64,000 bases of DNA from the human T2T-CHM13v2.0 reference genome, Homo sapiens: the NCBI RefSeq assembly GCF_009914755.1, contig NC_060927.1; one strand, 5' to 3'. This document shows, piece after piece, positions 28,171 to 42,727 of this stretch. Numbering within the stretch: position 1 is the stretch's first letter; every line of letters begins with the position of its first letter. Under the pieces are notes generated by a model, which was not told the origin of the DNA, did no database searches, and was given only the letters and a program-made list of their open reading frames with translations. Position numbers and translations under genes: made by a program.

Positions 28171-30341
28171 CTTCAGGTATTTTCTTATTGGTCATGAATG
28201 TAGTTTCCTTTCCTTTTAGCATTTCTTGTAGAACAGGTCTGATGTTGATGAAATCACTCTGCTTTTGCTTGTCTGGTAAGCTGTTTATCTCTCTTTCATG
28301 TTTGAAGAATATTTTCACTGGATATACTATTCTAGTATAATTTTTTTTTTCTTTTTCCTTTACAACTTTAAATATTTCATGCTACTCTCTCCTGGCCTAT
28401 AAGATTTCCATTGAGAAGTCTGCTACCAGACATAGTGGAGCTCCTTTGTATGCTATTTCTTTCTTTCGTTGCTTTTAGAATCCTTTCTTCATCCTTGACC
28501 TTTGAGAGTTTGATTATTAAATGCTTTAAGGTAGTTTCCTTTAGTTTATATCTGCTAAGTGGTCTATAACCTTCTTGTACTTCCATATTCAAAGTACAAT
28601 ATTTGACATCTATTCGATATTTATTTCCTTCTCTTGGTTTGGAAAGTTCTCTGTTATTATCCCTTCACCTCCTGTTAAGGCTAGTAACTCTTAGATTTGT
28701 CCTTTTGAGACTATTTTCTACTTTTTCTAGACATGTTTCATTATTTTTTATACTTTTTTCCTTTGTCTCCTCTGTGTATTTTCAAATGGCCTGTCTTCAT
28801 GTTCACTAATTATTTCTTCTGCTTGATCATCTGCTGTTAAGAGACTCTGATACACTCTTCAGTATGTCACTTGCATGTTCAACTCCATAATGTCTGCTTT
28901 ATTCCTTGTAATCATTTCAATATTTGTTAAATTTATCTGATAAGAATCTGAATTCCTTCTCTGTGTTATCTTGTATTTCTTTGAGCTTCTTCAATGTAGA
29001 TATTTTGAATTCTGTCAAATGTCTCTGTTTCTCTGGGATTGGTCACTAGTGTGTTATTTAGTTTGTTCCACATATTCGAAGGGACTCAGGTGTTGTGATC
29101 CAAGTCTTTGGTCACAGTAGCCATACCCACATTATGGGGCACCCCAGGCCCAGTAATGCTGTGGCTCTTGCAGACCTGTATTTGTTCCACCTTGGTGGTC
29201 TTGGTGGTAAGATATGGATGAATTCCATGGATTACCAGAGACTCTTGTTCTCTTTCCTTACTTTCCCACAAATAAAGTGAGTCTCTCTCTCTTTGCTGAG
29301 CTGCCTAGAGCTGGGAGAGAGGTAACACAGGCACCTCTGTGGCCACCACCGTTGGTATTGCACTGAATCAGACTTGAACCAGAACAGCACTGGGTTTTGC
29401 CCAAGACCTGTGGTGGTCACTGCCTGGCTACTGCCTGTATTCCCTTAAGGCCCATGGACTCTGCTATCAGCATGTAGCAAATCCAGCCAGTATTGTCTTT
29501 CCCTTCAGGGTGATGAATCTCCCCCACCCCCCAACCCTGGTCCTGGCCAGGTTCAGAGATGCCACTTGGGAGCCAGGGCCTGGAGTAGGGTACCTTAGGA
29601 ATCTATTAATACCTGGAACTCTATTCTACTGTGGCTGAGTTGGCAACCAAGCTGCAAGACAATGTCCTTCCCACTCTTCCCTCACCTTTCCTCAAGCAGA
29701 GCAGTCTCTCCCCATGGCCACCATTGTCCCCAGCCCATGGCAAGTACTGCCTGGCTACCACTGATGTTCACTCAAGGCCCAGGGGCTCTTCAGTCAGCTT
29801 GCAGTGAATGCTGCCAGTCGTGAGTCCCTCCCTTCAGAAAAGTGGGTTTCCATCTTACCCAGGGCAGGTCTAGAAATGCCATCCAGGAGTCATGGCCTGG
29901 AATTGGAGACTCCAGGAGGCTGTTTGGTGCTCTACCCCACTGTGGCTAAGCTAGTACTCATGCTGCAGGACAACATCTCCTTTAATCTTCCTTCTCCTTT
30001 CCCTAAGCAGAAGGAGTCTCCCTCCATGGCCACCGTAGCTAAGAATGCTTTGGATCACACCTGAAGCCAGGACCACCCTGGGTCTCACCCAAGGCCCATG
30101 GGGAGTAATGCCTGGGCAACACTGATATTTATTCAAGGCTCAGTGGCTCTTTAATAAGTAGCTAATGAATCCTGCCAGGAAGGAATCCTTCCCTTCAAGG
30201 CAGTGGGCTCTCTTATGGCCCACAGCATGTCTAGAAATGCCCTCTGGGAACTAGGGTCTGGAATAGGGCCCTCAGGACTCTACCTAGTGGCATTCTACTC
30301 TGGTTAAGCTGCTGTCTAAGTTGCAACACCAAAGTTCTCTC

Positions 30342-30448
30342 TTTTTTAAAAAAAAAAAAAAAAAAAAAAAAGAAAAAAACTTTTATTTTAAGTTCAGGAG
30401 TATAAGTTCAGGTTTGTTACATAGATAAATTTGTGTCATGGGAGGTTG
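30342..30448 (-). mobile_element. Very short 5'-truncated L1P 3' terminus nested in the older L1 5'UTR
   Basis: ttttattttaagttcaggagta..caggtttgttacatagataaatttgtgtcatgggagg matches the extreme 3' end of older L1PA/PB elements; flanked by aagttctctct and aagtcctttt. Confidence 0.75.
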
Positions 30449-31234
30449 AAGTCCTTTTTACTCTCTCCTCTCCTCTCCTCAAACAGAGGGAAGGTTTTTC
30501 TCCCAAAGCTGTGATCTGTGTTTTCTGGGGTTGGCGGAGAGGTAACACAAGCACTCCCTTAACCACCCAAGCTGGTGTCTCACTCTGTCAGATGCACCCC
30601 TAGTCCCCTGGATTTGAACTCAGTACAGCACCAGGAATTGCATTTCTTGAGGCTTAGATGGGCTTTCAAGTTTATGTAGGACTCCAGAGGACTGCAGCCC
30701 ATGTTTGGGGGTCTTTCCGGGACTCAAGTTCCTACTGCTAGGGTAGATGATTCACCTCTGGCCAGGGCTGGTTTAGATGCTCTTTTCATGTGTGCTGGCT
30801 GAGTTCTGCCCAATGTTGCTTTCTGCTGTAATGGGGCAACACTGAGTTGTGCTGCAAAATCTGACCATCACTGTGTTCTCCCTCCCACAAGCACACAGGT
30901 TCTCTCCCCACACCATGCAGACGCTGCTAGAGAATGAGGGAGGAGGAGGGATGGTACATGTGATTCAAGACTGTGTTTCCTTCCCTCTTCAGTGTCTCTT
31001 TCCTTACTATGACGTTAAAGCCAGGTACTATGTTTGTTCACCTGATTTTTGGCTATTTTGAAGGTGTAGTTTGGGGATAGTTGTTCAATATGGTGTTCCT
31101 TCAGTGGGGGACAATCACTGGAGGTTTCTATTTGGCCATCTTGCTCAACCTCCTTCCCTATAATATTGTTTTCATGAAAAAAAAATTTCCTAAAATTATG
31201 AAGAATATATTTGTAAATTATTTTTGGAGCTATA

Positions 31235-31400
31235 GACTATTAAAATATTTAATAGTTTATCTATTAAATATATTTATATTTAATATATTTATATATATTT
31301 AACATATTAATATATATTTAATGTATAAATATATTATTATATTAATAGTAATATATTTAATATTAATGTACACTTATATTAATTATTTATTACATTAATT
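31235..31400. repeat. AT-rich low-complexity tract
   Basis: Almost exclusively A/T with (TA)n and TAATA motifs. Confidence 0.85.
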
Positions 31401-33517
31401 TTACATTATCCAATGAAATTTAAGGCACTCATGCATAATTTGAGAACTGTCCATAAAGAGATTAATTTGCAATAATTGATCATATTCTTTGCTGCAAATT
31501 AAAAAAATTACAGAAGACATGCCCAGAAAGCCACATCTTTTGATACAATAAAGCTGCTTTTTCAGACTGACAGAAAACTATTAAATATCATCTCATTGTC
31601 ACCATTGTTTGGTAAAATATAGTTGCTCTGGCTGTTGTTTCAGTCAACATCTTGGTTACAAAAGCATATTAAGGAAATTTTACATGTGTACTCTTCCAAA
31701 AAGATTGATTGAGTTTATCTTGCTATAAAGGTCATATTTATGATTATTTGTAGAATTTAAACTATTTGCATCATTATGTAATGCAGAGCCAATTTTTAAT
31801 GGGTGGCCAACTCTAATATATTTTCTTTGTAGAATAGGATGAGAATATAATAAAATGGCACATAAAATATTGATATGGTAATTCAAATTAGAATTTTTTC
31901 TCAAAATTTACATTGCTATATCTGTTTTTGCATTATATTATTCCATTGCTCTCTGAAAGAAATACATACAATTTAATTAAGGGAGAATGCATTCTTTCTT
32001 ATAATAAAATATATTGTATACTATTAAGATTCACTAATGAACTGGGGGTAAAATTAAATTACATTTACCTAAAATATTAAGTGATTGGTCATAAAAAGTA
32101 AGAATTCTTAAGAAAATATTAAACAAAGTAACACACACACAAAGATGTTTATTTACCTATGGAAATATCTTTATTTTAGTCTTATAACACTGGCACAAAA
32201 TTATGAAGATCATATAATTATAAAATTGTTTTTAAAATAAGCATTTACTGATGTTTGTTGAGAAAACTCATAAAATAAGCATAGCAAATTTGATTAATTT
32301 AGGGATAGGATTGAAATTAAGTTAGAAAAATATCATAAAATGTATGTCATTGTAGAATTATATGAAACACAGTAAGAGACAAAAGATATGAGCACTTTAG
32401 CATTTATATGTATTTTAATCCACACACACATTATGTTGCATCTAATTAGACCTACAAACAATTTTATTGTAATTTGTAATTGAAAGCGGAGTTGTTTTTG
32501 AAATTATTAATACCAATTCACCTACATTTATGTATTAAATCTGTGATAATTTTCTTATGAATGGAAACAAATATCTCTCTGCATAAAAATATTATAGCAC
32601 TTAATATGAACATGATTTGTTAGCAGTTATAGAAAACTATTAAAACAGAAAAATTACAGAAATTTGGGGAATCACTTGTGGCCACTTAGTGTTCCATGAA
32701 TGTAATACTTCCAAATTATAGTAGACTGTCTCATTCTCAATTTTCTTAAACCCCATAAGAAACTGGGTTTAATGACAAATATCATGGAAAATTATAAAGC
32801 AATTATTTAAATGTAACAGTAGTAGATTCTTAATCCATTTTTATAAGGCTTTTTAAATCAATGATAAGAAATTACACTTGCTTAGCCTTTTAAATAATTT
32901 TAACATAATGGTCACCTTTTTTATTCTCTTTAAATAACTTTGTTGTATATTTGGATATTTGGCCTTTAGCTGTGTATCCATAAATCAAACATTTAAAAAT
33001 ATTTTAATTAAAACAAAATGCTTTTTGTAATCAATTACTTATGTTATGCAGTTGGTTATTTGATAATCATAATTATTTTATTAGACATATAATAATTAGT
33101 TTATGAAATAAAGCACTAGATTGTGTAAAATACAGAGTCTTTTTTTAAAAAAAATTATAAAAGTGGAAATTGTGTACTAGCTTAATGTAGATGAGAGGTC
33201 ACCTGGAAGTGAGTTATATTCCAGACTTAGCCATATTTACCATTAGAACAATGTAAAAGTAATTTAGAAATAAAAAAATCCAAACTCCCCAATTGTTTAA
33301 GTTGTTATAAAAGATTTTGAGAATGTGTAAGCAAAGACCAAGCTATAGTGATGCAACATTTCTGATGCAGCTGGCTCCCCTATCATCAGCCTGTTATTTA
33401 AATTATATCATCACGTCATAACCCCTCAGTGCTCCAGGCGGCCTTTAGAGATGATTAAGAGAAATGTACTTATATCATAAACGAGGTAGCTGAGAGCATA
33501 GGGAGGTAAAGTGTACA

Positions 33518-33837
<320 letters not shown>

Positions 33838-35074
33838 TCATAGGTATTCAGATGTATTACTAATAACACAGGACTATAATCTAGTTACCCTAGCTGACTG
33901 CCCTATCAGCCTAATCTATCTTACCTTTTGGTTGAAACTCACCAAAAACAGTGCTTTTAGCTCTAAAGCCATGATTGCCTCGCATATCATGAAGATGATT
34001 GTGTAAAATGTAAGATTACTTTATATAAAACTTGAAGACTTATCTCAACATCAATTTGAAAGAGAAAAACATAGAATGCATAGGAGGTATTATAGGTATG
34101 GTTTTGAATTAATGGTGAAAAGAATAATATGATATAAGGAATACAAAAAGAATAGTATGATCCAACACTCCAAATGTAAACAATGCATGTATTTACATGA
34201 AGTACAAACATTGTTTCCTAATCAGAGAGCTTTTAATATCTGACTTTGTTTTTAGTTGATTTGATTTTTTATTTTTAGTAATATTTGATGGATTGAGAGA
34301 CTCAGCCATTAGTGAATGTAATGCTCTAGGAAATTGACTCCAAAAATACACTGATCTTGTCATAACCTAAAACGTTCACTTCAAAACTGTTAAATTCAAA
34401 ACAGAACTGCACTTGCTAAGTCACAGTGCTACCAATAGTAATTTTAGGTAACTGTCACTTTAAAAGTATCCATCAACTCTGCCTAAATATACATTATTTT
34501 TATATAAAAACCCTGGTATCTTCTTTCAACATGTATTTCAAAGAAAGCTAATACAGTGAATATGCCTTAAAAGCAACTACATTTCCCTGTTATGCCACTG
34601 TGAAAGAAAATTGTAGTCATTAGACAAAAAAGTGAATAAAATTGGTTATATGCTACATGGTGACCTTGATATTGATTTTTAAAAAAATATTCTTATACCT
34701 TGCATGATACCAAAACAACTACTGTTTCACAACCTTACCTCTTTAAAGAAACTATTTTCCATTTGAAAAAAACATTGTTCACTTGACAGTCAAAGAGAGA
34801 GCATATTGGCCAGGAACATTTTGGTAGCTGGGATTATAATGGTAGAGACATGATATTTTCATAATACAACTGCATACAATTTGAGGCACATGAAATCTTA
34901 AATTTATTTTAAGCTTCATGGAGTTTTGAATAAGTAAGTATGCATATGAAATCCTATTTTCAACTTAGAATATTAGGAGGTATAATGGAGATAGATAAAA
35001 TTAAAAATTGTGTATTTGTTTAATTAGTCAACATTTTGATTAATGGGTTTTTAATATGTGCTCTTGTTTTCCAT

Positions 35075-35115
35075 ACCTCTGAAATACACTAGAAATCCAC
35101 CTCTGAAATACACTA
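35075..35115. repeat. 17-bp direct repeat (period 24)
   Basis: acctctgaaatacacta at 35075 and 35099. Confidence 0.9.
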
Positions 35116-35589
35116 AAATTTTTTTGGCTAGGTTTTCCAACAAAATACTAGATTTTTGTTGTTGTTGTTGTTGTTGCTGTTAAGATGCTGCCTATGAGCC
35201 TCAGGCAATCTCTAGGTCTTTTTTAGTTCAAGAGATTTCAACTGAGAAAGTGCCAATTAATTCCAATTTTGATGGTGATATTCATGATGTAATCTCTAAT
35301 GTAACAATTTTTGGGGAAAATTTGGTGACATGTTTCCTCAGGATATAGACAAAGACCAATATACTCAGCATTCTATATTACTGTCTAAATGTGACATAGT
35401 CTGTCAATGCCAACACATTTAAACAGAAAGTGAAAAACTCAATTCATTTTTTGTTTGTCTCTGTAATGTCAAGCATACAAGTCAGGTTCTTGAGAGTATC
35501 TTGGTATCTGACTAGTTGAACATCTAGGGCTTATGTTTGTAATCTGGTGATAACAGTCATTGGCCACATTGACCATACTACAGGAGTAA

Positions 35590-36096
35590 TAGTCATATTA
35601 AATTTAAATCTCCTCAGGTAAAATCATATCTGGAATACTGTATTCAGTCATTAGAACTATATTTTAAGGGAGACATTGATAGTGGGGCACACCCTTGTGA
35701 CTATGGCCAGGATGATGGGAGAACTTGAATACCGCCTTAGGAGAAATGATCAGGGTTACTGAGAAGTTCCAATTGAGGAAGAGAATGGTTGCTTAGAAAA
35801 AAAAAAATGGTTGTTTTAAAATATTGCACACATTTTCCTTTGGATAATACTCTAAACTGAGTCTATAAGGCAAAACAAAGAACTAAAATCAATGGGTAAG
35901 TTATTTGGAAATTCAAAAGAGCTAGAATTCCCTGAAAATTATAGCGGTCTGAAATTAGAATGCTTTGTCATTGTTAGATGTCTTTAAGAGTGGATGAATC
36001 AACCTGCCTGTGAAACTGTAGGAGAATTAATGCCCAGAGTAAAGAATCGGATGAGGAAACCTCTATTGTCTCATGTAATTTTGGTGTTCTATGAAT
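35590..36096 (+). mobile_element. L3/CR1 LINE 3' region
   Basis: ctggaatactgtattcagt..attttaaggggagacattga..ccaggatgatg..gaggaagagaa; ends ttctatga as in CR1 tails. Confidence 0.65.
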
Positions 36097-36704
36097 TTAA
36101 AACCTGAAATACTTCCTCGTTATAAACGATACACTTTTTTCCAAATGTTTCAATGTTCCAAATATCCAATACAGGATAATAAGTTGAACTGTATTCAATT
36201 GCCAGCTTTGTAGGTCCTAGGTGGTTGAATCACAGTAATTTAATGTGGTTATCTGTGTCCATAGCTCTGTAAGACTATCCTGAAACAGGATAGAATGAGG
36301 AGGAAAAAAATGCTAGTAATCTCTATCTTTTTAGTATTTGCTCTGCTAGTACACTTGAAACCAAATTCAGGACACTGTAGATGCTTCATTGTTATTAATT
36401 ATTATTAATATTATTGCCAAGATTTCAAACTCTCTTCACACCATCTAATTTCTTGTTTGATCTAATAGAGAAACAAACAATAACCAATCTGAAAAACAAA
36501 CAAAAAATTAGGTGAGCTAATAGTAGGGAAAATTCTTGAAAATTGGAGAGTATTTTGGAAGTTACCCTGTATCTTTATGGTTACTGTTTTTTATGTAACC
36601 ATAAGCAGGGCATGAGAAATGGATTTATAGGCATTATGCCATAAATATATATAAGAAAAAGTAAAGCTATGTAAAAGGAAAAGTGTGAGAAACAAGCTAA
36701 CGGT

Positions 36705-36888
36705 AAGTGGTGATAACCATTGTAAACAGGCGTTAGGACATCTGTCCTCAGTCTCAAGTGTCACTAATTCTTTAAGTGACTCTGAGCAAGGCATGACATC
36801 TTTGATGACCTGAATTGGCTCTTGGGTAACATGGTGAGTTGGACTAATTGAGCTCTAGATACCGTTTGAAATCCAAAATCCTATTGCT
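36705..36888 (+). mobile_element. MIR3-like SINE relic
   Basis: gtcactaattctttaagtgactctgagcaag ... gagttggactaattgagctctagataccgttt..ccaaaatcctat (L3-derived tail). Confidence 0.5.
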
Positions 36889-38808
36889 GTTTGAAATGAT
36901 AAAGAAAGCAAAATATAGCATCCTAGTAAATGCAGTTGAAGAAGAAGAAAATTTAACAGGGAAATCGATATTTTATCACAATGAAGTTAATGGAGAAAAA
37001 ATATTTAGAAGACAAAATTATTATTGAAGAATAATAGTCCATGAGATAAAAAGATATACACCATGCCATGTTTTTTGTCGTCGTTTTTGTATTTTGGTTA
37101 AATGTATTGCATAGACTTGGTTTGAAGGCTGGTTTGGTCACTTGTTGGCTTTGTTACTGTGACCAGCGTGAGAATACGTCTGTCGTATATCTGATTACAG
37201 GAACTATTAATAAATGGCTTGTGGCACTGTGTGCGATAACAACCAATCACTGTGGTTGGTGTTGAGACCTCATTTCTCTTTGGCTTCTCCCAGCCAACGA
37301 CTGAACATGGCAGGAGTATTAAGACACATTCATTGTTCTAAGATGTATGACTTCTCTGATGGTGATTCTGGCTTAAAAAAATACCAGGTGATGCTGGTAT
37401 TCTTGTCAAAGTCTCCTTGGAGCTGCACTGGATTTTAAGATGCTTCCACACAACCTTCCTTCCGTGGCTGTTTCCTTCACTCAGGATCAGAGCTACCTCG
37501 AATCTGATAGTCTCCTTCTATTGGCTTTCACCTCTTTCGCTGTCACATATATTTTCCCTGATAATCTGTAACATGTGTAATCCAATCCAGGTATCTACTT
37601 TTTGGAGGACTTGGAATAATAAAACTCTTAAATTCTTCATATTATATTCAGCTTTGTCATCTGAAAATTGGAGATAACACCTAACTCATTTGGTTATTAT
37701 GAGGTTAAATGATATCATCTATGAACATTTAACATATTGCTTATATAATGCTAGCATTTACTATTATGCTATAGCCAAACTGGATAACTCATTATTCACT
37801 GAATTATTTGGTCTCATCCCTTGAGTTCAAATTATGCACCCAACCTAAACTGCCCTCATCATTTATACATACCTATTTTTCCCATCTTTTATTAGAATCA
37901 TTGTTAAAGCCCTCCATTTCATAGAACTTTCAAAAACATGTATTATTTTCCTCTTTAGAACTACTATCGAACTTAAAATATTTTCTCTTGAGCGGTCATT
38001 ATGCCCTATTCTAGATAGTAACTGTTAGGGGGCCAGTGTCTCCGCCTCAGCCATTTTTGTATTTCTGGAAACCTGGCACTCAATAAATGACAGTAACTGA
38101 AACATGTAAAATTAAAATGTAACAATTTAAAAACTTTATTTACTGGTAAGTCAGAGATCATAAGTAGAAATTGGCCACAAAATCATGCAGTTTTTTATCA
38201 AGTTCAATGAGAATACCTTCAGAGGTATGAAAAAACAGGATGTATGTTTTATATTTGATTCAGCATATACTCTGTGGGGAAGATATTGGGCTAGGATTTA
38301 AGGTCTGTTCTAAAATGAAATGTTGTATTTGTTATATCAAAGATTTACAGTTGTCATATATCTATTGCCTCTGTAACTTAATAATCATTCATCCTATCTC
38401 CCTAGAAGCCCGCACTTGAATATCCTCTGGCATTAATAACTAACCTGTGTTTGCCTAAATAACAGATAAAGACTCTGTACACAAAAAATATATTTATCCC
38501 GGAGTAGGACATTACAATGGGGATAGTAATGTAAACTATGTGTGTATTCAGAGAGGTAAAGGAAGACAAATGTTTTTATGTTTTATTTTTATTTTTTATT
38601 TTTTTATTACTCTTTAAGTTCTGGGGTACATGTGCACAACATGCAGGTTTGTTACATAGGTATACATGTGCCATGTTGGTTTGCTACACCCATCAACTCG
38701 TCACTTACCTTAGATATTTCGCCTAATGCTCTCTCTCCCTGTGCCCCACTCCCCCAACAAGCCCTGCTTTGTGATTTTCTCCTCCCTGTGTCCATGTGTT
38801 CTTACTGT

Positions 38809-41800
38809 TCAGCTCCCAATTATGAGTGAGAACATGCGGTGTTTTGTTTTCTCTTCTTGCGTTACTTTGCTGAGAATGATGGTTTCCAGCTTCATCCATG
38901 TCCCTGCAAAGGACATGAACTCATCATTTTTTTATGGCTGCATAGTATTCCATTGTGTATATGTGCCACATTTACTTTATCCAGTCTATCACTGATGAGC
39001 ATTTGGGTTGGCTCCAAGTCTTTGCTATTGTGAAGAGTGCTGCAATACATATACATGTGCACGTATCTTTATAGTAGAATGATTTATAATCCTTTGGGTA
39101 TATACCCAATAGTGTGATTGCTGGGTCAAATGGTATTTCTGGTTTTAGATCCTTGAGGAATCGCCATGCTGTCTTCCACAATGGTGGAACTAATTTACAT
39201 GCCCGCCAACAATGTAAAAGCATTGCTATTTCTCCACAACCTTTCCAACATCTGTCGTTTCCTGACTTTTAGTGATCACCATTCTCATTGATTGATGGTA
39301 TCTCATTGAGGTTTTGATGTGCATTTCTCTAATGAACAGCGATGATGAGCATTTTTTCATAAGTTTGTTGGCTCCATAAATGTCTTCTTTTGAGAAGTGT
39401 CTGTTCATATCCTTCACCCATTTTTTGATGGCATTGTTTGATTTTTTCCTTGTAAATTTGTTTAAGTTCTTCGTAGAGTCTGGATATTAGCCCTTTGTCA
39501 GATGGATAGATTGCAAACATGTTCTCCCATTCTGTAGGTTGCTTGTTCACTCTGATGATAGTTTCTTTTGCTGTGCAGAAGCTCTTTAGTTTAATTAGAT
39601 CCCATTTGTCAATTTTGGCTTTTGTTGCCATTGCTTTTGGTGTTTTAGTCATGAAGTCTTTGCCCATCCCTATGCCCTGAATAGTATTGCCTAAGTTTTC
39701 TTCTAGGGTTTTTATGATTTTAGGTCTTATGTTTAAGTCTTTAATCCATCCTGAGTTAATTTTTGTATAAGGTGTAAGGAAGGGATCCAGTTTCAGCTTT
39801 CTGCATATGGCTAGCCAGTTTTCCCAACACCATTTATTAAATAGGGATCGTTTCCCCATTGCTTGTTTTTGTCAGGTTTGTCAAAGATCAGGTGGTTGTA
39901 GATGTGTGGTGTTATTCCTGAGGCCTCTGTTCTGTTCCATTGGTCTATATATCTGTTTTGGTACCAGTACCATGCTATTTTGGTTACTGTAAACTTATAG
40001 TATAGTTTGAGGTCAGGTAGTGTGATGCCTCCAGCTTTGTTCTTTTTGCTTAGGATTGTCTTGGCTATGCTCGCTCTTTTTTGGTTCCATATGAACTTTA
40101 AAGTAGTTTTCCCCAATTCTATGAAGGAAGTCAGTGGTAGCTTGATGGGGATAGCGTTGAATCCATCAATTACTTTGGGCAGTATGGCCATTTTCATGAT
40201 ATTGGTTCTTCCTATCCATGATCATAGAATGTTCTTCCGTTTGTATGTCTCCTCTTTTATTTCCTTGAGCAGTGGTTTGTAGTTCTCCTTGAAGAGGTCA
40301 TTCACATCCCTTGTAAGTTGGATTCCTAGGTATTTAATTCTCTTTGTAGCAATTGTGAATGGGAGTTCACTCATTATTTGGCTCTCTGTTAGTGTGTTAC
40401 TGGTGTATAGGAATGCTTCTGATTTTTGCACATTGATTTTGCATCCGGAGATGTTGCTGAAGTTGCTTATTGGCTTAAGGAGATTTTTGGGCTGGGATGA
40501 TGGGGTTTTGTAAATATACAATCATGTCATCTGCAGACAGTGACAATTTGACTTCCTCTTTTCCCAAGAATACCCTTTATTTCTTTCTCTTGTCTGATTG
40601 CCCTGGCAAGAACTTCCAATACTATATTCAATAGGAATGGTGAGAGAGGGCATCCTTGTCTAGTGCTGGTTTTCAAAGGGAATGCTTTCAGTTTTTGCCC
40701 ATTCAGTATGATATTGGCTGTTGGTCTGTCATAAATAGCTCTTATTATTTTGAGATATGTTCCATCAGTACCTAGTTTAGTGAGAGTTTTTAGCATGAAG
40801 GGCTGATAAATTTTGTTGAAGGCCTTTTCTGCATCTATTGAGTTAATCATGTGGTTTTTGTCATTGTTTCTGTTTATGTGATGGATTACGTTTATTGATT
40901 TGTGTATGTTGAACCAGCCTTGCATCCCAGGGATGAAGCCGACTTCATCGTGGTGGATAAGCTTTCTGCGGTGCTGGTGGATTCAGTTTGCCAGTATTTT
41001 ACTGAGGATTTTCACATCAATCTTCATCAGGGATATTGGCCTAAAATTTTGTTGTTGTTGTTGTTTTTGTTGTTGTTGTGTCTCTGCCAAGTTTTAGTAT
41101 CAGGATGATGCTGGCCTCTTAAAATCAGTTAGGGAGAATTCCTTCTTTTTCTGTTAATTGGAATAGTTTCGGAAGAAATGATATCAGCTCCTCTTTGTAC
41201 CTCTAATAGAATTTGGCTATGAATCTGTCTGGTCCTGGATTTTTTTTTTTTTGATTGGTATGCTGTTAATTACTGTCTCAATTTCAGAATCTGTTATTGG
41301 TCTATTCAGAGATACGATTTCTTCCTGGTTTAGTCTTGGGAGGGTGTATGTGTCCAGGAATTTATCCATTTCTTCTAGACTTTGTAGTTTATTTGCATAG
41401 AGGTGTTTATGGTATTCTCTGATGGTAGTTTGTATTTCTGTGGGACTGGGGGTGATATCACCTTTATCATTTTTTATCGCACCTATTTGATTCTTCTCTC
41501 TTCTCTTCTTTATTAGTCTGGCTAGTGGTCTATTTTGTTGATCTTTTCCAAAAACCAGCTCCTGCGTTCATTGATATTTTGAAGAGTTTTTTTTTTGTGT
41601 GTGTGTCTATCTCCTTCAGTTCTGCCTTGATCTTAGTTATTTCTTGCCTTCTGCTAGCTTTTGAATTTGTTTGCTCTTGCTTCTCTAGTTCTTTTAATTT
41701 TGATGTTAGATTGTCAGTTTTAGATCTTTCCTGCTTTATCTTGTGGGCATTTAGTGCTATAAATTTCCCTCTACACACTGCTTAAATGTGTCCCAGAGAT

Positions 41801-42664
41801 TCTGGTACATTGTGTCTTTGCTCTCATTGGTTTCAAAGAACATCTTTATTTCTGCCTTCATTTCATTATTTACGCAGTAGTCATTCAGGAGCAGGTTGTT
41901 CAGTTTCCATGTAGTTGTGTGGTTTTGAGTGAGTTTCTTAATCCTGATTCTAATTTGATTGCACTGTGGTCTAAGAGATGGTTGGTGTGATTTTTGTTCT
42001 TTTATATTTGCTGAGGAGTGTTTTACTTCCAATATGTGGTCAATTTTAAAATAAGTGCAATGTGGTGCTAAGAAGAATGTATATTCTGTTGATTTGGGGT
42101 GTAGAGTTCTGTAGATGACTATTAGGTCCACTTGGTCCAAAGCTGAGTTCAAGTCCTAAATATCCCTGTTACTTTTCTGTCTCGTTGATCTGTCTAATAT
42201 TGACAGTGGAGTGTTAAAATCTCCCACTATTATTGTGTGGGAGTCTAAGTCTTTTTGTAGGTCTCTAAGAACTTGCTTTATGGATCTCAGTGCTCCTGTA
42301 TAGGGTGCATATATATTTGAGACAGTTAGCTTTTCTTGTTGCTTTGATTCCTTTACCATTATGTAATGCCTTTCTTTGTCTCTTTTGACCTTTCTTGGTT
42401 TAAAGTCTGCCTTATCAGAGACTAGGATTGCAACCCCTGCTTTTTTTTTTTTTTTTTTTGATCTTCATTTGCTTGGTAAATCTTCCTCCATCCCTTTATT
42501 TTGAGCCTATGTATGTCTTTGCATGTGAGATGAGTCTCCTGAATACAGCACACTGATGGGTCTTGACTCTTTATCCAGTTTGCCATTCTGTGTCTTTTAA
42601 TTGGGGCATTTAGCCCATTTACATTTAAGGTTAATTTTGTTATGTGTGAATTTGATCCTGTCAT
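38809..42664 (-). pseudogene. L1 ORF2 (endonuclease/reverse transcriptase), frameshifted
   Basis: Fragments [54 protein letters not shown] and [23 protein letters not shown] lie in different frames. Confidence 0.93.
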
Positions 42665-42727
42665 TATGATACTAGCTGGTTATTTTTCCTGTTAGTTGAT
42701 GTAGTTTCTTCATAGTGTCGATGGTCT

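Larger units (their letters stand above)
25099..31152 (-). mobile_element. Old L1 (L1M/L1MA-type): 5'UTR, ORF1 and 5' part of ORF2; 3' end absent
   Basis: ORF2-like peptides (LSITTLNVNGLNS, KGWFLEKINVIDKPIARL, ILPNSFNKAS) and ORF1-like peptides ([31 protein letters not shown]); 5' terminus tatttggccatcttg at about 31130-31143; nested Alus and an L1 tail. Confidence 0.88.
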
